Assembly: GCA_964632315.1 (NCBI GenBank)
Contig: CAZWEM010000029.1
Coordinates: 3,271-55,439, forward strand
Length of the DNA: 52,169 nucleotides
Direction of reading: 5' to 3'
Source of the DNA: an uncultured archaeon
Lineage (GTDB): Archaea > Asgardarchaeota > Lokiarchaeia > Sigyniarchaeales > SOKP01
Shown here: positions 10,296-18,065 of the stretch, one piece after another
How positions within the stretch are numbered: the first letter of the stretch is position 1
How the letters are laid out: every line of letters starts with the position of its first letter
Translations under genes and position numbers: made by a program
Notes under the pieces: generated by a model
What the model saw: only the letters and a program-made list of their open reading frames with translations
Told to the model about the DNA's origin: nothing
Database searches by the model: none

Positions 10296-11435
10296 TTAGC
10301 GTTTCTTTAGAAAATGTCTATAAATAAGCATGTAATTTTTTACGCTAATTATTTTAGGGTTTCGTCTATAACTGGAGGAGATAGGTGCACTACAGCGAGA
10401 ACATAAATTAGAGGTGTGCATCCAATCTTTAAATTCATCTGCGTGAGCTGGATGTTTACAATTTGGACATAAAACTACCCCCCTATTCTTATCTTCGGGA
10501 AGTTTTGGTAATTTAAAGCAAAAAATACATTTGAAATCTTCTTCTGAAATCATAGAACCTTTAGGTCTATATTTATTCAAATCTCGGACTTTAGCTAGAC
10601 TTTGTGAACTTTTAGTTTTTTTTGTAGTTTTAGTCCTTTGAACACGAGCATGGGTAGGTCTAATTCTGGAGTTTTGAGTTCTATTAGAGGTTGTACGCGC
10701 GCTTCTGTTGGAGGAGGGACTTTGAATATTCGATCTGACTCTACGAGTCGTCTGGCTTCTAGGAGTTGCCAAATCATTTATTCTTCTCGTTCTTCGTGCT
10801 ATATACTCTCTTGTCAATTCGGGCATACTAGATTTTTTTCCAAGAAAGCCAAAAATGAATAAATTGAAAATGGATATGATAAGCAGTAGTAAAAGATTAA
10901 GATCTAAAGAAAAACGGAGTGGTGTAAGAGCAGAATTAAACACCTCACTTACATTATAAAAAACAACCCAGTATAAAATGATAAAAATAATTAGTGAAAA
11001 TGCTAAAATAAACCCTAGTGCTCTCGCGTTCATCGACTTAGTTCTAAAATAGATTACTCTGTATTTTTTAAAACATCTATAAAGTGAATGTGACCCATAG
11101 ATCACGAAAGGGAGGCCAAATATAAGACTCCAAAAGCTAAAATAAAGATTAGAGCCAGAAATTAAGTTTTCACCCAAGATTCCAGTAAATGACCCCCAGA
11201 TGGAATAAAAAACTCCAATTAACAAGGGTACAATCACAAAAAAAGCAGTATTATAGGGCGAATTAAACTCCCTATGCCGCTTGATATTTTCAAAGAGTTT
11301 AATCGTAAAAACTAACCAGAATCCAATTAAAATCCACGTTATGAGATTATTCAATGAAGCCGAAATTAGACCATGAATCACTCCAATTAAAAAAAAAATA
11401 GTTAGGATTATTAGAATAGCTTTTCTTTTTACCAT
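10296..11435 (-). CDS. Polytopic membrane protein with C-terminal RING-H2-like zinc finger (putative membrane-anchored E3 ligase)
   Basis: About six hydrophobic helices, R/S/T-rich linker, then CIFC-x16-CPNCKHPAHADEFKDW-x6-CSRC; last gene of the Ubl-E1-E2-JAMM run. Confidence 0.8.
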   Translation of the reverse strand: MVKRKAILIILTIFFLIGVIHGLISASLNNLITWILIGFWLVFTIKLFENIKRHREFNSPYNTAFFVIVPLLIGVFYSIWGSFTGILGENLISGSNLYFSFWSLIFGLPFVIYGSHSLYRCFKKYRVIYFRTKSMNARALGFILAFSLIIFIILYWVVFYNVSEVFNSALTPLRFSLDLNLLLLLIISIFNLFIFGFLGKKSSMPELTREYIARRTRRINDLATPRSQTTRRVRSNIQSPSSNRSARTTSNRTQNSRIRPTHARVQRTKTTKKTKSSQSLAKVRDLNKYRPKGSMISEEDFKCIFCFKLPKLPEDKNRGVVLCPNCKHPAHADEFKDWMHTSNLCSRCSAPISSSYRRNPKIISVKNYMLIYRHFLKKR

Positions 11436-11458
11436 GAACTAATTTCACCAGACTATCA

Positions 11459-12265
11459 TTATTCATCATATTCTAAATAAGCAGGTTTTCCTTCGATTAT
11501 GGGATTCATGAAATCCAAAATCTCAGGTAACATTCCGATATCTAAGTTACCTTTTATATCGAAGGGAACAGAGAACCACTTCTTTTTATTTAAATTAGCA
11601 CGATAAATTTCAAAACCTAGAGATTTTCCATTTATCTTATATGGATCGATGACTAAAGCAATCGCTTTTTCCCATAACTTTTGATACCTTGCTTGAGTTC
11701 CCAAGTCTTCTCTTGACATAAAACATCCATATGATGGGTGGGAATGATACCATCCACAGATGAATAATTTATTCTTTTTAATATCCTTAAATGCCCTTAC
11801 ATAATTTTTATAATCCTTGATTTCAGCATACACTGCAGTACCGTGTCCCATTGGATAGGCATCTTCGATATGTAGAATATCGGAATTATTATCATACTTT
11901 CCAGCTAATAGTCCGATAACCTCTACCCAATCTTCCCTTCTAATGCTAGAGTGAGCATATTTTAATGCGTGGCTTGTTATTTTAAGGATTGCCTTTACAG
12001 TTATTTGGATGTTTGCAGTTGGTTTTTCATAACTTGCAACAGTTTTTATAGGTTCCATTGGGATGGGTTCAAGATTATCCTTAACTTCAACATCTATATG
12101 ATTCAATGGTTGGATATCAATTAGCTCTGATGTTAACTCTTCTTGAAGTTCTTCTTCTATTTGTAATTCTGTATAAATCTCTTCTAGCAATTCTTGTTTT
12201 ATTTTCTCCTTAATTTTTTGTTTAATTGCTTCTTTGATAGCAGCGCTATTTTTATCGGTATTCAT
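11459..12265 (-). CDS. MPN+/JAMM metalloprotease (Rpn11/CSN5-like deconjugase)
   Basis: EVIGLL, GWYHSHPSYGCFMSRED (H-x-H-x7-S-x2-D), ALVIDP; likely start ATG 12265 behind GGTGA overlapping the E2 stop. Confidence 0.92.
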   Translation of the reverse strand: MNTDKNSAAIKEAIKQKIKEKIKQELLEEIYTELQIEEELQEELTSELIDIQPLNHIDVEVKDNLEPIPMEPIKTVASYEKPTANIQITVKAILKITSHALKYAHSSIRREDWVEVIGLLAGKYDNNSDILHIEDAYPMGHGTAVYAEIKDYKNYVRAFKDIKKNKLFICGWYHSHPSYGCFMSREDLGTQARYQKLWEKAIALVIDPYKINGKSLGFEIYRANLNKKKWFSVPFDIKGNLDIGMLPEILDFMNPIIEGKPAYLEYDE

Positions 12266-12272
12266 GGTATAC

Positions 12273-12800
12273 TCACCATTTATCCTTTGCATACTTCTTG
12301 ACTAAATTTTTTACCTTTTTCTCAAACATTTTTTGATTTTTCATCATTTCCAAGGCTGCCTTCTTATTAAAAACATCCGTTGGATTAACGTATTTTCCGC
12401 GAGTATTTAGCATTGCAATTATGGCTTGAACGACGGTAACAGCTGTTTTTGAAGGGCTCCATCCCCCTTTTTTTCCGACTAAAGAAGGATCGACTAGAGC
12501 TAGACAGATATTCCTCTGTCCTTTATATTCACTCGGTTTTGGCCAAAAGTTTGGATGCCAAATGGGTGTGTGTAATCTCACAAAAGGAGGTTGCTTTGGA
12601 TATTGAGCTGGAAATTTCATTTCTAATTTAAATAATCCTCCTGCGTATGCTGTTCCTTTAGGGCCTTTAATTGTTATAGCAACATGATCGATACTTTTTC
12701 TTTTCGGATCAAAGGGTTTTAGTTGAACAATTGTCCCTTCTTTCAACATTTTTTTAAGTCCAGCAAAATCTCGCGAAACTCGACTACTTCTTATACTCAT
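12273..12800 (-). CDS. Ubiquitin-conjugating enzyme E2 (UBC fold)
   Basis: IKGPKGTAYAGGLF, FPAQYPKQPP, IWHPN, catalytic ICL, WSPS. Confidence 0.93.
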   Translation of the reverse strand: MSIRSSRVSRDFAGLKKMLKEGTIVQLKPFDPKRKSIDHVAITIKGPKGTAYAGGLFKLEMKFPAQYPKQPPFVRLHTPIWHPNFWPKPSEYKGQRNICLALVDPSLVGKKGGWSPSKTAVTVVQAIIAMLNTRGKYVNPTDVFNKKAALEMMKNQKMFEKKVKNLVKKYAKDKW

Positions 12801-12859
12801 ATTTTTAACCCCGTATTTTATTTAATTTTGTTTAATTTATTTAGATTTTTATTAATTTT

Positions 12860-14095
12860 TTATTTTAACTTAAGCGTAACCATAATTTCTCCCCCTTTAA
12901 AACCCGCTATCGTCAAAAATTCATAATTTCTCAAATTATTTTCGATAACTGTCTTTTCTAAATCCAATATGATTATATCGTTAAAATCTTGTAAAGTCAT
13001 TAATGGTTCGAGGTCGGGATCCAATTGAAAACCATTCTTCTTCAAAATTTTTATAATATTAATACAAGGAGATCGTTTGCTCATTTTTATAACTACTCTT
13101 CTTACACCTTTCCCACATTGAATGCATTCAGGATTTCGTTTTTTCTCAATGTGATAAAATTTCATAGTCATCGCATTAAATATGACGTAATCTGATTCAG
13201 GTTTTCCTAAACCTTTATGTCCTTTTTCCCAATGAATGATTTTCACGGCTTCATGGGATTGGAGGGCAGAAATAACCGCATTAATCGTGATTATTCCTGG
13301 ATCGTGTCGATCAATTAATTTGACTATGTCATCTTGAGTATATTCGGGCAAGAAATTATATTTGTTTACTAATTCATTTGCAGTTTTTTGAATGAATTTA
13401 ATATCATTTAAATTTTTAGGATTCGGTTCTCTTTCAAATTTTTCCTTAAAAGCCATATCCCCTTTAAATACACAATGAATTCTTTTCCTAGGAATTCCCA
13501 CCACGGTGCAAGCAGCCATTTCATCGTTTTCTACCACCGGCAAGGGATTACATTCATAGCAAGCATTCTTATAAGGAAATATCGTGTAGATATGTCCATG
13601 ATAACCAGAAACTCCTCCATCAACTAAAGGTTTTCTAAACCGGATACATTGTGCATTTAAGTTCAATCTGGCGTTCATAGAATCAAGTCCTCCAATAATA
13701 ACATCAGCATTATAGTACAAGGAAGGATCTAACCTTTCTAAAGAGGTATGGTATCCTATGACGGTGATATTTGGATTAATTTCTCTCAATTTTTTTGCGG
13801 CTACAATAGCTTTAGGCTCACCTAGTCTAGCATCTGTAAAAAGAATTTGTCTGTTTAAATTTGAATGTTCAATAATGTCTAAATCGACGAGATCCAAATG
13901 ACCCACTCCTAACATAGCTAGGTTTTTAGCAATTTCACATCCTAATCCACCTACTCCAATAATTAAGACTCTCGCATTTTTAACTAATTTCTGAGACCAT
14001 CCTTCTAAACGGAATTGCCTGTCATATAAATCTCGTTCTTCCATTGACATTCCTTTTGCAAAAAAATCTGATTCTTTAACCAACCACATCACCAA
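12860..14095 (-). CDS. Ubiquitin-like activating enzyme E1 (ThiF/UBA3-like, with C-terminal ubiquitin-fold domain)
   Basis: LYDRQ, GVGGLG, DLDIIEHSNLNRQ, CYEC and CIQC zinc pairs, catalytic-Cys segment AACTVVGIPRKRIHC; exact start uncertain (14095 to about 14050). Confidence 0.93.
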   Translation of the reverse strand: MVMWLVKESDFFAKGMSMEERDLYDRQFRLEGWSQKLVKNARVLIIGVGGLGCEIAKNLAMLGVGHLDLVDLDIIEHSNLNRQILFTDARLGEPKAIVAAKKLREINPNITVIGYHTSLERLDPSLYYNADVIIGGLDSMNARLNLNAQCIRFRKPLVDGGVSGYHGHIYTIFPYKNACYECNPLPVVENDEMAACTVVGIPRKRIHCVFKGDMAFKEKFEREPNPKNLNDIKFIQKTANELVNKYNFLPEYTQDDIVKLIDRHDPGIITINAVISALQSHEAVKIIHWEKGHKGLGKPESDYVIFNAMTMKFYHIEKKRNPECIQCGKGVRRVVIKMSKRSPCINIIKILKKNGFQLDPDLEPLMTLQDFNDIIILDLEKTVIENNLRNYEFLTIAGFKGGEIMVTLKLK

Positions 14096-14106
14096 TAATA
14101 TTAATC

Positions 14107-14144
14107 AAAAAAATAAAAAAATTGAAGGGCTAAATGCCCTTTCA
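14107..14144 (-). terminator. Hairpin plus T-tract between Ubl gene and E1
   Basis: Minus strand reads AAGGGC-ATTTA-GCCCTT followed by CAATTTTTTTATTTTTTT. Confidence 0.55.
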
Positions 14145-14172
14145 TTATATTATACTCTATGAAGAGAAAGAT

Positions 14173-14505
14173 TTAAACGTATCCAGCAGTACTCGCAGGT
14201 ATTAAAAGAATATCGTCACCATCATTAACGTTATAGTCTTTTAATTGATTGCTTTCGTCCATCGTAACACCACCAGATGAGAGATGGAACTCATCTGGGT
14301 CAAGTCCAAATAAATTTCCTAAAGTATGTTTAATATCGCTTACCTGATTAGCATCATTCACGACCAATTTCTCTTTCTTTTCACCAGGACCAATAGTTGA
14401 CATAAAATACAATGTCACTTTTCGACCTGTAGAGGGGACCTTACTTGATGGGGTTTTAGATTTAACTGGTTCTAATTCCTCATCAAAATCGTCATCAAAA
14501 CTCAT
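14173..14505 (-). CDS. Ubiquitin-like (UFM1-like) modifier 1 with acidic N-terminal tail
   Basis: Beta-grasp pattern KVTLYF...LKDYNVNDGDDILLIPASTAG-YV; first gene of the E1/E2/JAMM/RING run; GTGA upstream. Confidence 0.85.
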   Translation of the reverse strand: MSFDDDFDEELEPVKSKTPSSKVPSTGRKVTLYFMSTIGPGEKKEKLVVNDANQVSDIKHTLGNLFGLDPDEFHLSSGGVTMDESNQLKDYNVNDGDDILLIPASTAGYV

Positions 14506-14762
14506 TCAAATCACTTTTTTTAAGGTTTTTTTTAGTTTTTATTCTGAAAACTTAATAATAACATCTAAAAATACTATTATAAAACCAATTGGAATGATTA
14601 TGAAGTTTTAAAAAATATCAAATTTCGTGAGTTTATAACCATAGTATATTATATCTATATATTTAATGGCAATCTATTAATGCATACTCAATAAAGTTTA
14701 ACACTTAAAGAGAAGAAATATTAATAATAACCTAAATTCTGAATATCACGCATTTTAAACCA

Positions 14763-15440
14763 ATGAGCACTCCAGATGAGGTTGAGCCACTTGTTCTCGG
14801 CTTAATTAAAGAATATTTACAAAAAAAGCCATTCTTTTCAATTGAAGACATAGTTACCTATATAAATAACAGAACTAGAGCAAAACCTTATGTAAATAAA
14901 AATAAAATTGAAAAAATTATTAAAAGACTCATTAAAAAGCGTAGAATTATACCTGGGACTAAATTAATGAAAAATAACATTATTGAGCATCCTATTAGAA
15001 ACGAAATATTTAATTTCGTGAAGAAAAATCCCTCTAATATCAATGAAATTATGAGAGCTTTAAACATCGGCAGTAATCAAACCCTATGGCACTTATCTTG
15101 TTTGGAAAAATTTCAATTCACGCGTTCAAGAGATATTGAAAATCAAAGAATAATTTTCCTCTATGAATCCGATCCGGAATTAGATGAAATTTATTTCTAC
15201 TTAAACCAAGATATTGTTCAAGAAATACTTGACCTGATGATACAAGAAAAGGAATCTCTAAAAGTATCTGATATTTCAAATCAGTTAAAAAAGAATTATA
15301 ATACTATAAAAAAGTATTTACAAATCTTAAGAAAGTTAAGAATAATTTCAATTGAGAAAGATAAGAAAAGAACCCTTTTTAAATTAAATTACAAGGAATA
15401 TGATAAATTTCAAGATTTAATCATTGGAGGAAAAAAATGA
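14763..15440 (+). CDS. Multi-winged-helix (ArsR/HTH-like) DNA-binding protein
   Basis: RNEIFNFVKKNPSNINEIMRAL..WHL..LEK and ISNQLKKNYNTIKKYLQILRKL wHTH repeats. Confidence 0.75.
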   Translation: MSTPDEVEPLVLGLIKEYLQKKPFFSIEDIVTYINNRTRAKPYVNKNKIEKIIKRLIKKRRIIPGTKLMKNNIIEHPIRNEIFNFVKKNPSNINEIMRALNIGSNQTLWHLSCLEKFQFTRSRDIENQRIIFLYESDPELDEIYFYLNQDIVQEILDLMIQEKESLKVSDISNQLKKNYNTIKKYLQILRKLRIISIEKDKKRTLFKLNYKEYDKFQDLIIGGKK

Positions 15441-15519
15441 ATACTTCACAATTATTCCAATGGATTTTATATGGTGAATCATCTATTAAAAATTTAGAAA
15501 ATAATCTATCCTAAAAATT

Positions 15520-16314
15520 ATGAAGAAAAATTCTCGCATTTATTGGACATTAGCTTTGTATCTTATTTTTACAGTATTATACCTACTTTTCTTCATTTTA
15601 AAGATAGATAATTTTCCCTTATTTATCATTTTGACAATCTCTAGCGCTATGGTACTTTCCAGTAGCACTATTTATACTATTTCCCGATCTACAATCACTC
15701 ATAAAAGCCCCACCCCCAAAATTAAACTTTCTCCAACAAAGAAAACATTGGGTAAATTTACTTCAGAATTAATTGAAGATTATTTTGAAGCAATGCCAAT
15801 AATCGACCAGTACGCCGATTCAGACGCCCCTTATGAGGAAATTTCCCGAATAGACGAATATGTTTTTACAGAATTTAATAACGAGGATCTAATGAAAATT
15901 GATAGCTTAAAATTATCAAAAATGGACAAGATTTTTTTTCTGAGGGAAATGCTTTACTTTGAACCTAATGAAAGGAGATATTTAATCAATGAGATGCTTA
16001 AATATCAAGAAGACCCAAATATACCCGTTTCATATACTCCATTAATAACCCCTTTTGGTATTGAAGATAAATTACGAATCTATTCTCGGTCATTGATAGA
16101 ACCAGGAGAAAAAACAAAGATAATTATTATTGAAAAATCAGATTTTATTAGCGAAGTGAAACTTAAAATTGGGACTTTATTCGATTATGATTTGGATGAT
16201 TTTGTTTTATCGTCTGGAGGGATTATATTAGATGAAAAATTGCAAATTAATCATTATAATATCGAAGATGATGATGAAATTGCTATTATACCCTCAAGAA
16301 AAGAAAGAAAATAA
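15520..16314 (+). CDS. Two-TM membrane protein with C-terminal Ubl domain paralogous to the modifiers (no terminal Gly)
   Basis: Two N-terminal hydrophobic helices; C-terminal 80 aa about 31/80 identical (manual, ungapped) to Ubl1 (PGEK, LSSGG, DE, IP) ending SRKERK. Confidence 0.8.
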   Translation: MKKNSRIYWTLALYLIFTVLYLLFFILKIDNFPLFIILTISSAMVLSSSTIYTISRSTITHKSPTPKIKLSPTKKTLGKFTSELIEDYFEAMPIIDQYADSDAPYEEISRIDEYVFTEFNNEDLMKIDSLKLSKMDKIFFLREMLYFEPNERRYLINEMLKYQEDPNIPVSYTPLITPFGIEDKLRIYSRSLIEPGEKTKIIIIEKSDFISEVKLKIGTLFDYDLDDFVLSSGGIILDEKLQINHYNIEDDDEIAIIPSRKERK

Positions 16315-16315
16315 A

Positions 16316-16735
16316 TTAAATGTTTATTTTACCAGCTGTACTAGCTGGAATTAATAATATATCATCTCCATCACTCACATGATAATCACTCAAATGAGTT
16401 CTTTCATCCATAGTGATACCTCCAGAAGATAAATGAAAATCGACTGGATCCAGTCCAAAAATATTAGCGACGGTTTCTTTAATTGCACCAACAAGATTTC
16501 CTGTATTTACTAATAATTTTTGCTTTTTTTCCCCTGGACCAATAGTAGACATAAAAAAGACGGATATTTTGTCACCTTCAACGGATACCTCTGGTGTCTT
16601 AGTTGAAGGTTCTAAATCTGGAGACTTTGAAGGCGGTCCCTCAAGCGATTCTTCTGAATCATCTCCTAAATCTTCATCTAGATCTTCATCAAATTCTTCA
16701 TCGAATTCATCATCAAACTCTTCGTCAAAATCCAT
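16316..16735 (-). CDS. Ubiquitin-like (UFM1-like) modifier 2 with long acidic N-terminal tail
   Basis: True start likely MDFDEEF at 16735 (GGTG upstream); core 56/80 identical to Ubl1 by manual alignment; ends LIPASTAG-KINI. Confidence 0.85.
   Translation of the reverse strand: MDFDEEFDDEFDEEFDEDLDEDLGDDSEESLEGPPSKSPDLEPSTKTPEVSVEGDKISVFFMSTIGPGEKKQKLLVNTGNLVGAIKETVANIFGLDPVDFHLSSGGITMDERTHLSDYHVSDGDDILLIPASTAGKINI
16669..16732 (-). repeat. Imperfect 12-bp/4-aa coding repeat (DFDE EFDD EFDE EFDE DLDE DL)
   Basis: F/L every fourth residue in a D/E tract; tcttcatc/tcatc units on + strand. Confidence 0.65.
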
Positions 16736-16871
16736 TTTTAGCACACCAAATATATCTAAGTAATTAATAGAATTTATAGTATATAAAAATATGAGAAAAC
16801 TTAAGAAAGCAAACACTTTAGAAGCTGTCTTGATATAAATATAATATAGAAAATTATTGAGTGTTCTAAAG

Positions 16872-18029
16872 ATGGATGAAAAACCTATTCCCAAGCAACA
16901 GATTCGAGAAAAACTTCCTAAAGAGGAATTAGATGCAGATTTTGATTCTGACTTGTTGAGAAAAATAAGGAAGGAAAGATTTAAATTGAGCAAGGAAAAA
17001 GAGGAATGGGAAAAAATATTGAACAAAATCCAAGAATATGATGAAAGTATCGAAGATCTAGAAAAGAAAAGAAAACAAAAAGAAATCGAACTTAGAAATC
17101 TAGTAAATCAGAATGAAAAACTTAAAAATGAGTTAGAAAAAAATAATAATGAAATTAAACAAGCAAATAGCATTCTAAAATCGAGAGAGAAAGAATTAAA
17201 TCAAAAAATTGATGATTTAAATAAATATAAACAGAAATTGGATAAGATTAGAGATGATATTGAAGAAGAAAGAAAAAAATTAAAACAAGAGAAAGATAAA
17301 GCTGAAGAACGCATAGAAAAAATTAAAACCAAAATTCCAGGCATGGAAAGAAGAGAGAATGCGTTAGAACGAACAGTCAATGATTTTGAAGATAAACTTC
17401 AAAATCTAAGGAATGAACTGAGAGAATTAACTAACAAAAGAAACTCTCTTAACAAGGAATTAAGTGATTTAAAGAGACAAATGGTGGATGAAAAAAATAG
17501 AATAGATGAAGAGAAAAAAAAATTAAAAGAAGAAAGAGATAAAAACCGAATAAAAAAGAATGAATTAAAATCATTAAATCGAGATATAGAAAATAAACAA
17601 GACAAACTAGAAAAGGAACAAGATAAAAGAGAAAGAGAAATCAAGTCGTTGGAACGGAAAAAATCGAATCTGGAATCAAGATTAAAGGAATTAGAAAAAA
17701 AAATTCCAAAATATGAGAACCAGTATTATTCTAATCAAGATAAAATAAAAGATTCTGAAGAAAAGATTAAAAAATTAAATTCTGACGTAAAAAAGTTGGA
17801 AAATGAAAAAGCAAAGCTCGCTTCTGAAATCAGAAATAAAGAAAAAGCGATAATGAAAGAAGATTCAAGAATAAGAGAAGAAAAAAATGCTATCAAAAAA
17901 GAAAGAGAAAAACTCGAAAAAGATAAAGCTCGTTTTATTAGGGAAAAAAGAGATTTTGAAAAATCATTAATAAAAGCAAAGAGTATACCAAAAACAAAAA
18001 TTAAGTCAAAAACTCCTTCTAAATATTAG
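16872..18029 (+). CDS. Long coiled-coil protein, function unknown
   Basis: About 340 aa of nearly uninterrupted K/E/L heptads, no ATPase motifs; likely ATG 16872. Confidence 0.75.
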   Translation: MDEKPIPKQQIREKLPKEELDADFDSDLLRKIRKERFKLSKEKEEWEKILNKIQEYDESIEDLEKKRKQKEIELRNLVNQNEKLKNELEKNNNEIKQANSILKSREKELNQKIDDLNKYKQKLDKIRDDIEEERKKLKQEKDKAEERIEKIKTKIPGMERRENALERTVNDFEDKLQNLRNELRELTNKRNSLNKELSDLKRQMVDEKNRIDEEKKKLKEERDKNRIKKNELKSLNRDIENKQDKLEKEQDKREREIKSLERKKSNLESRLKELEKKIPKYENQYYSNQDKIKDSEEKIKKLNSDVKKLENEKAKLASEIRNKEKAIMKEDSRIREEKNAIKKEREKLEKDKARFIREKRDFEKSLIKAKSIPKTKIKSKTPSKY

Positions 18030-18065
18030 AAAACGTCTTTTCAACAGGTATAAAAAGAGTAAATT

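Noticed and set aside
10296-16735. Canonical eukaryotic UFMylation pathway or canonical ubiquitin
   Set aside because: No UBA5, UFC1, UFL1 or UFSP signatures; modifiers lack LRGG/GG
16736-17026. 97-aa N-terminal extension of Ubl2 in the ORF track
   Set aside because: Antisense to the coiled-coil gene; the paralog starts at the acidic tract and GGTG precedes ATG 16735
16872-18029. SMC/Rad50 or ESCRT-III call for the coiled coil
   Set aside because: No Walker motifs, hinge or zinc hook; too long and uniform for Snf7
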